Position numbers and translations under genes: made by a program. Below the pieces are notes generated by a model that worked only from the letters and a program-made list of their open reading frames with translations, was not told the origin of the DNA and ran no database searches. A DNA stretch of 44,382 nucleotides, from the NCBI GenBank assembly GCA_050740655.1, contig JBOIDW010000127.1, positions 1-44,382 of the forward strand, in the 5' to 3' direction. Shown piece by piece: positions 28,260-37,845 of this stretch (the stretch's first letter is position 1; every line of letters starts with the position of its first letter). This DNA comes from Gammaproteobacteria bacterium. GTDB taxonomy: Bacteria > Pseudomonadota > Gammaproteobacteria > JACCXJ01.

Positions 28260-28979
28260 ATGCGTAAGACGAGATCGCTCGTATATTTTGCAGCCCTGCT
28301 GTTAGCGGGGCATGCCCATGCCGAAGGCGCGATCAGGCAGCGGCTGACGGAGGTTCTCATGAAGGTCTCGCCGGGGATGAAGGTAATTTCAGTACGACCC
28401 GCGGCACTCGACGGTTTATATGAGGTGCAGGCCGACGGCGAAATCTTCTACATGAGCGAGGACGGAAAATTTCTCGTCAAGGGCGACCTGCTCGATATCG
28501 ATTCGCTGCGCAACCTCACCGATGAACGCCGCGGACAGGTGAATATCGAGGCGCTGCGCGGCGTAGCGCCTACGAGCATGATCGAGTTCGCACCGAAGGA
28601 CACCCGGCACGTCCTCTACGTCTATACGGACGTGGATTGCGGTTATTGCCGCAAGTTTCATCAGCAGGTCGGACAGCTCAATGACGCCGGCATCGCGATA
28701 CGTTACCTGGCCTTCCCGCGCGCCGGGATCGGTTCGGAAAGCTATGCTAAGGCGGTCTCGGTATGGTGCGCCAAGGATCGCCGGACGGCGCTGACCGACG
28801 CCAAGGCCGGCAAACCCGTCAAGCCGGCCAATTGCGACAATCCGGTGGTCGCTCAATACGAACTCGGTCAACGCATGGGCGTGCAGGGTACGCCAGCGTT
28901 ATATACGGAGACGGGCCAGGCGATAGGCGGCTACATACCGGCCGACCGGCTGGTGAAGATGTTGGCGAAACCGCAGTGA
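28260..28979 (+). CDS. dsbC: Thiol:disulfide interchange protein DsbC
   Basis: Signal peptide MRKTRSLVYFAALLLAGHAHA, a dimerisation-domain-like N-terminus (...GLYEV..DGEIFY.SEDGKFL..G.L) and the active site DVDCGYCRKFH. At 239 aa it compares with 236 in E. coli. xerD-dsbC neighbourhood is conserved in enterics. Confidence 0.9.
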   Translation: MRKTRSLVYFAALLLAGHAHAEGAIRQRLTEVLMKVSPGMKVISVRPAALDGLYEVQADGEIFYMSEDGKFLVKGDLLDIDSLRNLTDERRGQVNIEALRGVAPTSMIEFAPKDTRHVLYVYTDVDCGYCRKFHQQVGQLNDAGIAIRYLAFPRAGIGSESYAKAVSVWCAKDRRTALTDAKAGKPVKPANCDNPVVAQYELGQRMGVQGTPALYTETGQAIGGYIPADRLVKMLAKPQ

Positions 28980-28999
28980 GCGTAGGCGGCGGGTCCCGG

Positions 29000-30793
29000 C
29001 TAGCGTCCGCCGGCGCGCGCGTAGGCAATCAGCGCCGCGACGTTTTCGCCGGTCAACGACTCCAAGAACGCCCGCAGGTCCGAGCGCTGCGCCGGGCTGA
29101 GGCCAAGAGGCTTCAGCAACGGGTCTGTATAGGGTCCGGGGATGCCGCCGCGGTCATAGAATGCGAGCACGTCGTCGAGGCTGGCCAGCGAGCCGTCGTG
29201 CATATAGGGCGCGGTTAGCGCGACGTTGCGTAATCCTGGGGTTTTATATAGCCAGCGATCCTCGGGTCGCTGTGTGACCTCGTAACGGCCTAGGTCGTGG
29301 GCCAGCCGCTCGCTCACCGACTCCAGTGCGGCGCCCGGGAGTCTAACCGTCAGTCCCGGCGCCAAGCTTAGGTCGATGTCCTTACCCGATCCCCGCATGG
29401 CGCGAGCCCAGCCGATCCCGTTGCTATGCAACCCTTGATCGGTGAACAAGGCATATCCCTTATCGATACGGTGGCAGACCACGCACCCCGCCGGACCGGT
29501 GAAGATCCGGAAGCCGCGCCGGGCCGCGTCGTTCAGTGCCTTCCGGTCCTTGGCAAAATACCAGCGATCGAAGGCCGAGCCGCCCGAGACCAGCGTGCGT
29601 TGGTAGCTCGCCAGCGCGGCACCGATGCCCCCCATGCTCACCGCCCGGCCGAAGGCGCGCTCAAAACGCCCCGTGTAATCGCGCAGCGCCGCGATGCGCT
29701 CGATCACCCAGCCGACCGAAGGCGCCGCCATCTCGTTCATCGCCAAGAGCGGTGACCAGACCTGCGTCTCCAGTGCCCGCTCGCGCCCGTCATGGAACAA
29801 CCGCTGTGCATAGGCTACATTGAAGAGACTGGGCGTGTTGCGGCGTACCGAGCGCCCTTCCATGCCCACGGGTGTCGCCAGCTCATTGCTGGTAAAACCC
29901 TGCTCCGGGATGTGGCACATGGCGCACGACAACGTGCCGTTCAAGGACATGCGCCGATCGAAGAACAGCTTGCGCCCCAGCTCGACCTTGTCCACCGAGA
30001 GCGGATTGTCGGGAAGAACGGGAACGGGCGGCAGCCCGAGGGGTGGCGGCCCCTCGACAGGCAGGGGCGCCACGGTCGGGGCCGGTCCGCGCTCTCGACC
30101 CGCCGCGCCCTCCCCCATCTTCGGCTCGCCGGCCAAGAGACGCAGGTCCGACTCGACGCGGGTCGCGTCGAGCAGCGAGGCACTGTATATGTTTCGAATC
30201 GCCCGCGTCTTGTCGATGAGAAACACCCGTAATAAATGGGTAATAGCGCCGCTCGTCTTGCCCTGTGGCCCCTGCTCCGCAATAAGCCTTTGTCCGTAGT
30301 GCCCGGCGAGTATGGGCAGGGCCGCGTCGGTGCCTAGGGTGGCAAAGACCCAGTCCGCCGCCGATGAGAAAGAGGCGCCGTAGCGGCGCATGACCTCGGG
30401 CGTGTCGCGGCGCGGATCGAAACTCAGGCTGATGAGCCGCACTTGACCGGCCAGCGCCGGATCGCTCGCGAGCCGCCGCGCGAGCATGTGCAGCACTCCA
30501 GTCGCCCAGGGACAGCCCCGCGCGTCGTTGCAATGGCTGTAGATAAGACTCAAGACCACCAGCTTGCCGCCCAACAAGGCGTGCAGGGTGGTCTCAGCGC
30601 CCTGACTGGTTAATACCGGGACATCGGCGGCCGGGGCGATCGCGGGTAACGCATAGCCGGGCAACCCGCGAGGCGCCGCCAGGGCTGCCGCGTTCCACCC
30701 CAGCACGAGTGCCAGCGCAACAGCCCCAGCGGCACGCCAGCCGGCACCGGTATCAATCGTGTGCCGCGACCGCGCCACTGCCGCTGTCCGCAT
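29000..30793 (-). CDS. Fusion protein: SCO1/SenC-like thioredoxin-fold copper chaperone domain + di-haem cytochrome c peroxidase/MauG domain
   Basis: The N-terminal half has LVVLSLIYSHCNDARGCP..., a SCO1-like thioredoxin fold. The C-terminal half has two haem c sites, CAMCH (...LSCAMCHIPEQGFT) and CVVCH, plus the CCP/MauG end PYMHDGSLASLDDVLAFYDRGG. ATG 30793 gives a signal-like N-terminus (...AGAVALALVLGWNAAALAAP). The ORF-track extension to 31012 lies inside the upstream gene. Confidence 0.85.
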   Translation of the reverse strand: MRTAAVARSRHTIDTGAGWRAAGAVALALVLGWNAAALAAPRGLPGYALPAIAPAADVPVLTSQGAETTLHALLGGKLVVLSLIYSHCNDARGCPWATGVLHMLARRLASDPALAGQVRLISLSFDPRRDTPEVMRRYGASFSSAADWVFATLGTDAALPILAGHYGQRLIAEQGPQGKTSGAITHLLRVFLIDKTRAIRNIYSASLLDATRVESDLRLLAGEPKMGEGAAGRERGPAPTVAPLPVEGPPPLGLPPVPVLPDNPLSVDKVELGRKLFFDRRMSLNGTLSCAMCHIPEQGFTSNELATPVGMEGRSVRRNTPSLFNVAYAQRLFHDGRERALETQVWSPLLAMNEMAAPSVGWVIERIAALRDYTGRFERAFGRAVSMGGIGAALASYQRTLVSGGSAFDRWYFAKDRKALNDAARRGFRIFTGPAGCVVCHRIDKGYALFTDQGLHSNGIGWARAMRGSGKDIDLSLAPGLTVRLPGAALESVSERLAHDLGRYEVTQRPEDRWLYKTPGLRNVALTAPYMHDGSLASLDDVLAFYDRGGIPGPYTDPLLKPLGLSPAQRSDLRAFLESLTGENVAALIAYARAGGR

Positions 30794-32093
30794 ACAGGCT
30801 GCGCGCCCCGAGCAGCATGATATGCGGCCGGCCGAGCTTCTCCGCCGTAAAATCCAACTCGAAGCGGGCCCGGAGCGCCTTGCCGTCCCAGTCATAGGCC
30901 TTGAGGAATTGCTCGTTATCGGCGCCTTTCTTGTCCCAGTTGGCGAGCAGCGAACTGGTGAAGTAGAGCCGCTTCCCGTCCCAGCTCTGCGATACCATAT
31001 TGAGTTGCGCACCGATGCGTTTTTCGTAGACCGGCTTGGGATGGAAGGGATCGCGCACGTCGTAGCGCCGCACCGTCCCGTCCATGAAGCTGTCCACCCA
31101 CAGGTAATCGTCCTCCGAGGTCAGCGAAATATCCACCGGCAACGGGACTTTGGCCGGATCGCCCACGTCGGCCACGGCCTCGGCCCGCCACGCGCCCTTG
31201 GCATCGAGGTGGATCAGCCAGATCTTCGAGGTCAGCGCCGTCGAGGTAAAGCAATAATTGTGATTCGGTTGCCAGGCGCAGCGCAGTTCCAGAGGCGCAC
31301 CCGGCACCTCGAGGACGCTCTTCGGTCTGCGCTCGTGCAGGTCCCACACCACCACCGTATTGCCGAAGCGCTGCATCGCCGCCTTGTCCTGAAGCAGCTT
31401 GCCGAGGTCCATCATGTAATTCGACCAGCCCGTAAACGATGAGCTGACCAACACGTTCAAACGCGGCAGGGCGCGCACGTCGTAGCCATAGCCATCGGCG
31501 TGCTGCCCGGCCTTCTTCGCGCCACGCAGGTCCTCATCGGTCGGCATCCAGTAGCTCGCGAGATAATTCCCCGCGTTGGCGTATTCCACCATCGCCGTGC
31601 GTCCGCCGTGGTCTTTGTCGTTCGACAGCCCGGTGATCAGCATCCGGCCGGGCATGGCGTAAAAGGTATGCGGCCCGACCACACCGCCGCTGCGTGCAAC
31701 AAAGTCGGTGATGGTCTTGACCAGTTGCGGCCTGGCCGGATCGCTATGTACGTCAAAGACAAAGACCTTGCTGGTGTCGAGCCCACCCGCCCATAAATAG
31801 GCCCGGTCATCGGTAAAACCGCCATGATGGGCCTCGTTGCGCCTGCCGACTGACAGCGTCGCGATGACCTTACCGTAGTCCTTGGAGGCGGGATTGGCGG
31901 CAATCGCGACCAGCTTATCCTGTTCATCCCCCAAGCCCTGCTGGCCCAGGGTCCAGACGTAGACATAGTCCTCCTGGCCGATGATCTTGGCCATGTAGGG
32001 GGACATACAGGTCTCGTCGGCGCGCGTGGAACCGCCATGCAGCGCTACGAGCACCGCAACCGATATGAGCATCGAACGGGTAAGACATTGCAT
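30753..32093 (-). CDS. mtoX: Selenium-binding protein SBP56 family (bacterial methanethiol oxidase MtoX-like), secreted
   Basis: Collinear with human SELENBP1 over the C-terminal half: VVVWDLHERRP...PLELRCAW.PNH..., DYLWVDSFMDGTVRRYDVRDPFHPK, QLNMVSQSWDGKRLYFTSSLLANWDKK. ATG 32093 is preceded by AGGAGG (revcomp of 32101-32106) and gives the signal peptide MQCLTRSMLISVAVLVALHGGSTRA. Confidence 0.88.
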   Translation of the reverse strand: MQCLTRSMLISVAVLVALHGGSTRADETCMSPYMAKIIGQEDYVYVWTLGQQGLGDEQDKLVAIAANPASKDYGKVIATLSVGRRNEAHHGGFTDDRAYLWAGGLDTSKVFVFDVHSDPARPQLVKTITDFVARSGGVVGPHTFYAMPGRMLITGLSNDKDHGGRTAMVEYANAGNYLASYWMPTDEDLRGAKKAGQHADGYGYDVRALPRLNVLVSSSFTGWSNYMMDLGKLLQDKAAMQRFGNTVVVWDLHERRPKSVLEVPGAPLELRCAWQPNHNYCFTSTALTSKIWLIHLDAKGAWRAEAVADVGDPAKVPLPVDISLTSEDDYLWVDSFMDGTVRRYDVRDPFHPKPVYEKRIGAQLNMVSQSWDGKRLYFTSSLLANWDKKGADNEQFLKAYDWDGKALRARFELDFTAEKLGRPHIMLLGARSLYADSGSGAVAAHD

Positions 32094-32396
32094 GACCAGC
32101 CTCCTCCTGAAGATTAGCCTCATATTGCGCTAAGGTCAGGCCCCGGAATACCGCGCCTACGTAGAGCAAGCCTACAATGGCTTGTCGCCGCGGGTGGGTA
32201 CGGAAGCACCCGCCCGATTACCCTACAACCGCCAAGGGGCAGTGGTCTGTCATCGCGGCAACATAACCAAGCACGCGCGGGGACGTCAAACGGGTTGAGC
32301 CGCGCCTGTGGGGCGAGGGACTGGTATTGGCGGGCCCTGGGTTGCCTGAAATCGGTGGCACTCGTCTTGTACACCGCCCCCGGCGCAGGCATGAAA

Positions 32397-34787
32397 TCAA
32401 TCTTCGACGACGTTGCCCGGAGGCGGCGCGACCGGGACCTTCTCGCGTTCACGAGCGTGCGCGGTAGGGTCCGCCTCGCGATCGGAGGGCGCGGCGGGTT
32501 CGCTGAGCCGGTAACCCTGCCGCTCCCCCGCCACCGGAGGCATCGAGGTCTCGCCAGGCCCTTCATCGGCTGGCGGCGCAGTTTGCTCCGCATCGGCGTC
32601 GTGCGCCCCCGACGCGGACTCGCCGTTGCCCGCGGCCCGCCCCGCGCGCCGTCCTCTGCCTCGCCCGCCCCGCCGGCCACGCTGTCCGCGACGACGTTGC
32701 CCGCGGCCGCGGTGCGGTTCGTGAGGCGATGCTGCCGACTCTTGCGGCGCCGACTCCGCGGCGTCGCTCACGGACTCGAAGGCGGCGGGCACCGGCCCGG
32801 TAGCGTCGTCGATCGAGGCCTCGGGCTCGTCACCTGATTCGGCTACGCCCGCCCCGGCCTGCGGTACGGCATCGCCCCTGTTTCGATGACCGCGCTCGGA
32901 GCGGCGCGCCTGCTGCCGCCCGCCCCGGTGCCGGCCCATTCGGCGGCCACGTTCGCGCTGCCGATGCTCCTCCAGCCGCTGCTCCCCGCCTGGCTCCTCC
33001 GATCCCACGTCTGTCTCTTCGGGTGCATGGGCCAAGTCGGAAACGGCCGGCGGGTCGGATTCGTGTTGCGGCACCGAGGCATGCTCTTCGCCAAACAAAG
33101 AGGTGATGAAGCGCTTGAGAAAGCCACTGGGGCGCGGGGCGCCAGCCTCCGCTACCGCCTCCGCCTCGGACGGTGCGCTGAGTGCCTCGCGTTCGACCCC
33201 CTTCACCATCGGCTCCTCGGCCCGGCGCTGCTCCTTGGTGCCCACCTCGATCTCCTCGACCGGCGCGGCGTCGATGAGCTTGTAGCTGACGGCACTGTTG
33301 GCGGCCGCGGCGAGCTCCGCCTGCCGGAGGCGCTTGACCGTGTATTGCGGCGTTTCGAGCTTGGGATTGGCCAACACCACCACCCGTACCGTTTGACGTG
33401 ACTCTATGCTCGCCACCTCCTGGCGCTTTTCGTTGACCAGAACGGTCGCTACCTCCACCGGCAACTGCACGATGACCTTGACGGTCGACTCCTTCATTGC
33501 CTCCTCTTCGATGACGCGCAGCACCGACAAGGCCAAGGATTCGACGCTGCGGATGGTACCCTGGCCATCACAGCGCGGGCAGACGATGTGGCTGAACTCG
33601 GCCAGCGAGGGACGCAAGCGCTGCCGCGACATCTCCAACAGCCCAAAGCGCGAGATCCGGCCGATCTGCACGCGGGCGCGGTCCATCTTCAGGGCCTCGC
33701 GCAGCCGGTTCTCGACCAAGCGCTGGTTCTTCTGGCTGCTCATGTCGATGAAGTCGATGACGATGAGCCCGCCGAGGTCGCGCAGCCGAAGCTGCCGCGC
33801 CACCTCCTCGGCGGCCTCGAGGTTGGTCTGGAAGGCGGTCTCCTCGATGTCGCCCCCGCGCGTGGCGCGCGCCGAGTTGATGTCCACCGTGGTCAGGGCC
33901 TCGGTCGGCTCGATAACGATCGATCCGCCGGAGGGCAATTGCACGGAACGTCCATAGGCCGACTCGATCTGGCTCTCGATCTGGAAGCGCGTGAACAACG
34001 GCAGGCCGTCCTCGTAGAGATGCAGCTTCTTCAGGTTCTGCGGCATGACCTGCTCCATGAAGCGGCGCGCCTTCTCGTACAGGCCGGGGTCGTCGATCAG
34101 GACCTCCCCGATGTCGTTTCGAAAATAATCCCGGAGCGCACGGATGATGACGTCGGCGTCCTGATAGACGAGAAAAGGCGCGGAGCGGCTGGCGGCCGCC
34201 TCGTCCACCGCACGCCAGAGGTGCAACAGATAATCGAGGTCCCATTGCAGCTCCTCGGCGCTCTTGCTCACGCCCGCGGTACGCACGATGAGTCCCATCC
34301 CTTCCGGTATATCGAGGCCGGCGATGGCCTCGCGGGCCTCATCGCGTTCCAGGCCCTCGATCTGGCGGGATACGCCACCGGCACGCGGGTTGTTCGGCAT
34401 CAGCACGAGGTAACGTCCCGGCAGGCTGATGAAGGTGCTGAGACTCGCCCCCTTGGTGCTGCGCTCGTCCTTCTCGACCTGCACCACGAGCTCCTGTCCC
34501 TCGCGCAGGACCTCGCGGATATTGACCCGTCCGCCTCCCCGCGGGGACTCTGAGAACGCCGAGCGCGCCACCTCCTTGAGCGGGAGGAAACCGTGACGGT
34601 CGGCGCCGTAATCGACGAAGGCCGCTTCGAGGCTAGGTTCTATACGGACGACCCGGGCCTTGTAGATATTGGATTTTCGTTGCTCGCGTACGGTCGCTTC
34701 TATATCAAGATCGTATAGACGTTGCCCATCGACCAGGGCGACACGCAACTCCTCTGGCTGAGTGGCGTTGATCAGCATTCTTTTCAT
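32397..34787 (-). CDS. rne: Ribonuclease E
   Basis: [30 protein letters not shown]... is identical in style to the E. coli RNase E N-terminus. It has an S1/DNase-I-like/Zn-link catalytic half (CPRCDGQG) and an Arg/Pro/Glu-rich unstructured C-terminal half. The start is ATG 34787. Confidence 0.96.
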   Translation of the reverse strand: MKRMLINATQPEELRVALVDGQRLYDLDIEATVREQRKSNIYKARVVRIEPSLEAAFVDYGADRHGFLPLKEVARSAFSESPRGGGRVNIREVLREGQELVVQVEKDERSTKGASLSTFISLPGRYLVLMPNNPRAGGVSRQIEGLERDEAREAIAGLDIPEGMGLIVRTAGVSKSAEELQWDLDYLLHLWRAVDEAAASRSAPFLVYQDADVIIRALRDYFRNDIGEVLIDDPGLYEKARRFMEQVMPQNLKKLHLYEDGLPLFTRFQIESQIESAYGRSVQLPSGGSIVIEPTEALTTVDINSARATRGGDIEETAFQTNLEAAEEVARQLRLRDLGGLIVIDFIDMSSQKNQRLVENRLREALKMDRARVQIGRISRFGLLEMSRQRLRPSLAEFSHIVCPRCDGQGTIRSVESLALSVLRVIEEEAMKESTVKVIVQLPVEVATVLVNEKRQEVASIESRQTVRVVVLANPKLETPQYTVKRLRQAELAAAANSAVSYKLIDAAPVEEIEVGTKEQRRAEEPMVKGVEREALSAPSEAEAVAEAGAPRPSGFLKRFITSLFGEEHASVPQHESDPPAVSDLAHAPEETDVGSEEPGGEQRLEEHRQRERGRRMGRHRGGRQQARRSERGHRNRGDAVPQAGAGVAESGDEPEASIDDATGPVPAAFESVSDAAESAPQESAASPHEPHRGRGQRRRGQRGRRGGRGRGRRAGRAAGNGESASGAHDADAEQTAPPADEGPGETSMPPVAGERQGYRLSEPAAPSDREADPTAHAREREKVPVAPPPGNVVED

Positions 34788-35253
34788 CGAAATAATGTCC
34801 TTGTATGCACACGATAGCGCGGCGAGCGGGTGCGGAATTGCAGGCACACTGGCGTAGGTCGGTGCTCATGTGCCCGGGCCGAAAATAGTATCGAGGCATA
34901 GGCGCAATCCGCGTGACGTCGTGGCGCTTAGAATTGTTCAGTGGTGGAGTCCCGGCAGTCGCTCTGGTGGTTTTCGGGCCGCAAGTCCCATGCAGCACCT
35001 GCGTGCCTGTCCGTGCCCCGGCAACCTGGGCGGCACCGCGGTCCGCACGGAGAAGGGTGGAATTTGACCCCAAGACGGCGCAGCATACGCTGCGGGCGAG
35101 TGACATGCCCCCTCTTACCTCGCAACCGAGCTTCGTGGCACCAGAACGTATAGGCCAATGGGAACGCCTTATCCCGGCGGGGGCTAGATTTGTCCGCGCA
35201 ACGAGCGCTTTGGCGCAACCCCGCCGCGCCGCCAATATAGCAATGAAACCGCG
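34788..35253 (-). promoter_or_regulatory. Long rne 5' leader plus divergent rne/rluC promoter region
   Basis: A 466-nt gap with no credible ORF lies between divergent rne and rluC. E. coli rne has a 5' UTR of about 360 nt used for autoregulation. Local hairpins are visible, for example CGCAGC-atac-GCTGCG at about 35079-35094. Exact promoter positions were not determined. Confidence 0.45.
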
Positions 35254-36276
35254 GTGCAGCAATCGGCCATGACGGATCTCTCGCCCGAGACGGTAGGCGC
35301 TTATACCAAGGTGAGACGAGTTACCGTTACAAACGAACATAGCGGGCGGCGTGTCGACAATTACCTGTTATGGCTTTTGGGCGATGTCCCCAAGAGCCGG
35401 GTCTATCGCATGCTGCGGAGCGGGGAGGTGCGGATCGATGGCGGGCGCGTCCGCCAGGACCACCGATTGCGTAGCGGGGAGGTCCTGCGGATCCCGCCGG
35501 TACGGCACACGGTCGCGGCACCGCCCGCCATCATCTCGGACCGGTTACGCGGCTGGTTGGACGGCGCCATCCTGCATGAAGATGACTCCATGCTGATCGT
35601 CAATAAACCAGCGGGGATTGCCGTACATTCTGGCTCTGGCGTCAAATACGGAGTCATCGAGATCCTGCGCGCCCTGTGTCCCGCGGCCCCCTACTTGGAG
35701 CTGGTGCACCGTCTGGACCGCTCGACCTCCGGCTGCCTGATGGTCGCCAAGAGCCCGATGCGGCTGCGCGAGTTGCACGTCATGCTGCGCGAGAACAGGA
35801 TCGAAAAGCGCTATCTGGCCCTCAGCGCGGGGGCCTGGACCGGGGGGCCACGGCGCGTCGAGACCAACTTGCGGCGTTACGGGCAACGCTCCGGAGAACG
35901 GGTGGTTCGCGTCTGCGCCGACGGCAAACTAGCCGAGACCGTGGTAACACCGCGCGAGCATTTTGGCGCGGCAACCCTGGTCGAGGCGCAACCCCTGACC
36001 GGACGGACACACCAGATCCGGGTGCACCTGAGTCATCTTGGTCATCCGGTGGCCGGCGACGAAAAGTACGGCGACCGGGATTTCAACAAGCGCATGAGGG
36101 TCTACGGGCTTAACCAGGGTCAGTTGTTTCTGCACGCCCGGCGCTTGCAATGGGATGAGGGCGAGGACGGCTCGACGCTCAGCGTCGAGGCGCCTTTGCC
36201 GCTGGAACTGGAGGCGGTCCTGCGCCAGTTGCGCGAGCGCTCGGACGTCGGCTCCTCCTCATCGGAGACGCCGTAA
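35254..36276 (+). CDS. rluC: 23S rRNA pseudouridine(955/2504/2580) synthase RluC
   Basis: Collinear with E. coli RluC: GRRVDNYL....L.DVPKSRVYRMLRSGEVRIDG.R (S4 domain), LIVNKPAGIAVHSGSG, LVHRLDRSTSGCLMVAK, LTGRTHQIRVHL...GHP..GD.KYGD. It is divergent from rne as in E. coli. The start is GTG 35254 or ATG 35269. Confidence 0.93.
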   Translation: MQQSAMTDLSPETVGAYTKVRRVTVTNEHSGRRVDNYLLWLLGDVPKSRVYRMLRSGEVRIDGGRVRQDHRLRSGEVLRIPPVRHTVAAPPAIISDRLRGWLDGAILHEDDSMLIVNKPAGIAVHSGSGVKYGVIEILRALCPAAPYLELVHRLDRSTSGCLMVAKSPMRLRELHVMLRENRIEKRYLALSAGAWTGGPRRVETNLRRYGQRSGERVVRVCADGKLAETVVTPREHFGAATLVEAQPLTGRTHQIRVHLSHLGHPVAGDEKYGDRDFNKRMRVYGLNQGQLFLHARRLQWDEGEDGSTLSVEAPLPLELEAVLRQLRERSDVGSSSSETP

Positions 36277-36349
36277 TCCTTTCCTTGGCACCCCGATTGC
36301 CTTTTTCCGCAATCCGTTTCCGTACAGATATGGAGTATTGACATCGACT

Positions 36350-37318
36350 ATGAACGAGCATGACCACACCCCACCGCCCATCCCGAGCCCATCCCCTAAC
36401 GACTGGGAACGACAATTGATATCCGCGCTGGCCCAATCGGCGCTCGTCGAGCAACGCCGCACGCGCCGCTGGGGGATATTTTTCAAGTGCCTGACCTTCG
36501 CCTATCTGAGCATTTTCTTGACCATGGCCCTCAGCAAGCACTGGGGATCGGATTCGACCTCCAGCGGCCTGCACACGGCGCTCATCGATATCCAGGGTGA
36601 GGTCGGCAGCGATCCGCAGGCGAGTGCCGATGCGGTGGTGAGCGGACTGCGCGCGGCCTTCAAGGACTCGAACACCAAGGGCGTGATCCTGCGCATCAAT
36701 AGCCCGGGTGGTAGCGCGGTCCACGCCGGCTACATTGCCGACGAGGTCTTCCGCCTACGCAGCGCCCACCCCGCGATCCCGATCTATGCCGTCATCACCG
36801 ATATGTGCGCCTCGGGCGGTTACTACATCGCGGTGGCAGCCAACGCCATCTATGCCGACAAGGCCAGCTTGGTCGGTTCGATCGGCGTGGCCATGAACGG
36901 CTTCGGTTTCGTCGGTACCCTGGAACGGCTGGGTGTCGAGCGGCGTTTGGTTACCGCCGGCGCACACAAGGGCTTTCTCGATCCCTTTTCGCCCCTCAAT
37001 CCGCAAGACCTCGATCATCTCAAGGGCGTCCTCGGACAGGTTCACCGGCAGTTTGTCGACGTGGTCAAAAAGGGCCGCGGCGATCGCTTGAAGGAGCAGC
37101 CCGAGTTATTCAGCGGGCTCATATGGAGCGGCGAGCAAGGCGTAGCCCTGGGGCTGGTGGATGCCTTGGGGAGCAGCAGCTATGTCGCACGCGAAGTCAT
37201 CAAGGCCGAGACCATCGTCGACTTCACCCAGAAACAGGACTATCTGGACCGCTTCGTCGAGCGCTTCAGCACCACCGCGGCCAAGGCCTTGGTCGGGGGT
37301 ATCCCGGCGATTCGGTAG
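36350..37318 (+). CDS. sppA: S49-family signal peptide peptidase (SppA, 36K type)
   Basis: An N-terminal TM segment (WGIFFKCLTFAYLSIFLTMAL), then ...GVILRINSPGGSAV..., MCASGGYYIAVAANAIYADKASLVGSIGV and ...AGAHKGFLDPFSP. ATG 36350 is used. The ORF-track start at 36155 overlaps rluC. Confidence 0.88.
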   Translation: MNEHDHTPPPIPSPSPNDWERQLISALAQSALVEQRRTRRWGIFFKCLTFAYLSIFLTMALSKHWGSDSTSSGLHTALIDIQGEVGSDPQASADAVVSGLRAAFKDSNTKGVILRINSPGGSAVHAGYIADEVFRLRSAHPAIPIYAVITDMCASGGYYIAVAANAIYADKASLVGSIGVAMNGFGFVGTLERLGVERRLVTAGAHKGFLDPFSPLNPQDLDHLKGVLGQVHRQFVDVVKKGRGDRLKEQPELFSGLIWSGEQGVALGLVDALGSSSYVAREVIKAETIVDFTQKQDYLDRFVERFSTTAAKALVGGIPAIR

Positions 37319-37601
37319 TTGGGCTTGGGAGGCATAGGGAGATACGTTTGACGCTAAAGGAGAAGGAGGAGCAACTTCGGTGCTCCCCAATGTCCGGACA
37401 ATGAACCCGTTGCGATAAGATAGAATCCTCGATGGCGTAAGCACCGTACCCGCCTGCTTTTTGATTTTATGGCGCGCAAGCCGGAACACATGTTGGCGCG
37501 CCAAGACCTCGGGTGCAGTAACCCTACACAATGGACTGGCAAGACGCCTACTCTGGCCCAAGTGCCCGAAGAAGAAGGTCGCAGCGAAACAGCCGGCGGC
37601 C

Positions 37602-37845
37602 TAGGGGCGGAGCGCCTCACCCAGACCATGGCGCTGCTGGTCCCGGCGTCTCTGTATACCGGTGCGGTCCGAGGCCGAGACCATCCGCCGCGCGATAACG
37701 CCCTTCCTCATCGGCCGGCCCGGCTACTTCGCCCGCGACCTCCAGGTCTATGACCGCGCCGGACAGCGCGGCCCGCGCTGCACCACGCGGCTGCGCGGTT
37801 GCCGCAAAGGCCAGCGCTCGGCACTGCCCGCGCTGCCAGCGTTAG
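37602..37845 (+). pseudogene. mutM: Decayed 3' relic of formamidopyrimidine-DNA glycosylase (mutM/fpg)
   Basis: Frame 3 reads IGRPGYFARDLQVYDRAGQRGPRCTTRLRGCRKGQRSA (37710-37823), compared with E. coli MutM [45 protein letters not shown]. After a +1 shift, tgc ccg cgc tgc cag cgt tag (37825-37845) reads CPRCQR-stop, the classic Fpg zinc-finger end. The first zinc-finger Cys is Gly. There is weaker H2TH-like similarity upstream (LGAERL..., ...RGRDHPPR). There is no room for the catalytic N-terminus, because sppA ends at 37318. Confidence 0.7.

Noticed and set aside
32397-32950. Repetitive Arg/Gly-rich coding DNA (...[25 protein letters not shown]...), which looks like a simple-sequence repeat
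   Set aside because: It lies in-frame in the C-terminal scaffold region of RNase E, where arginine-rich RNA-binding segments are expected. It is not an independent repeat element.
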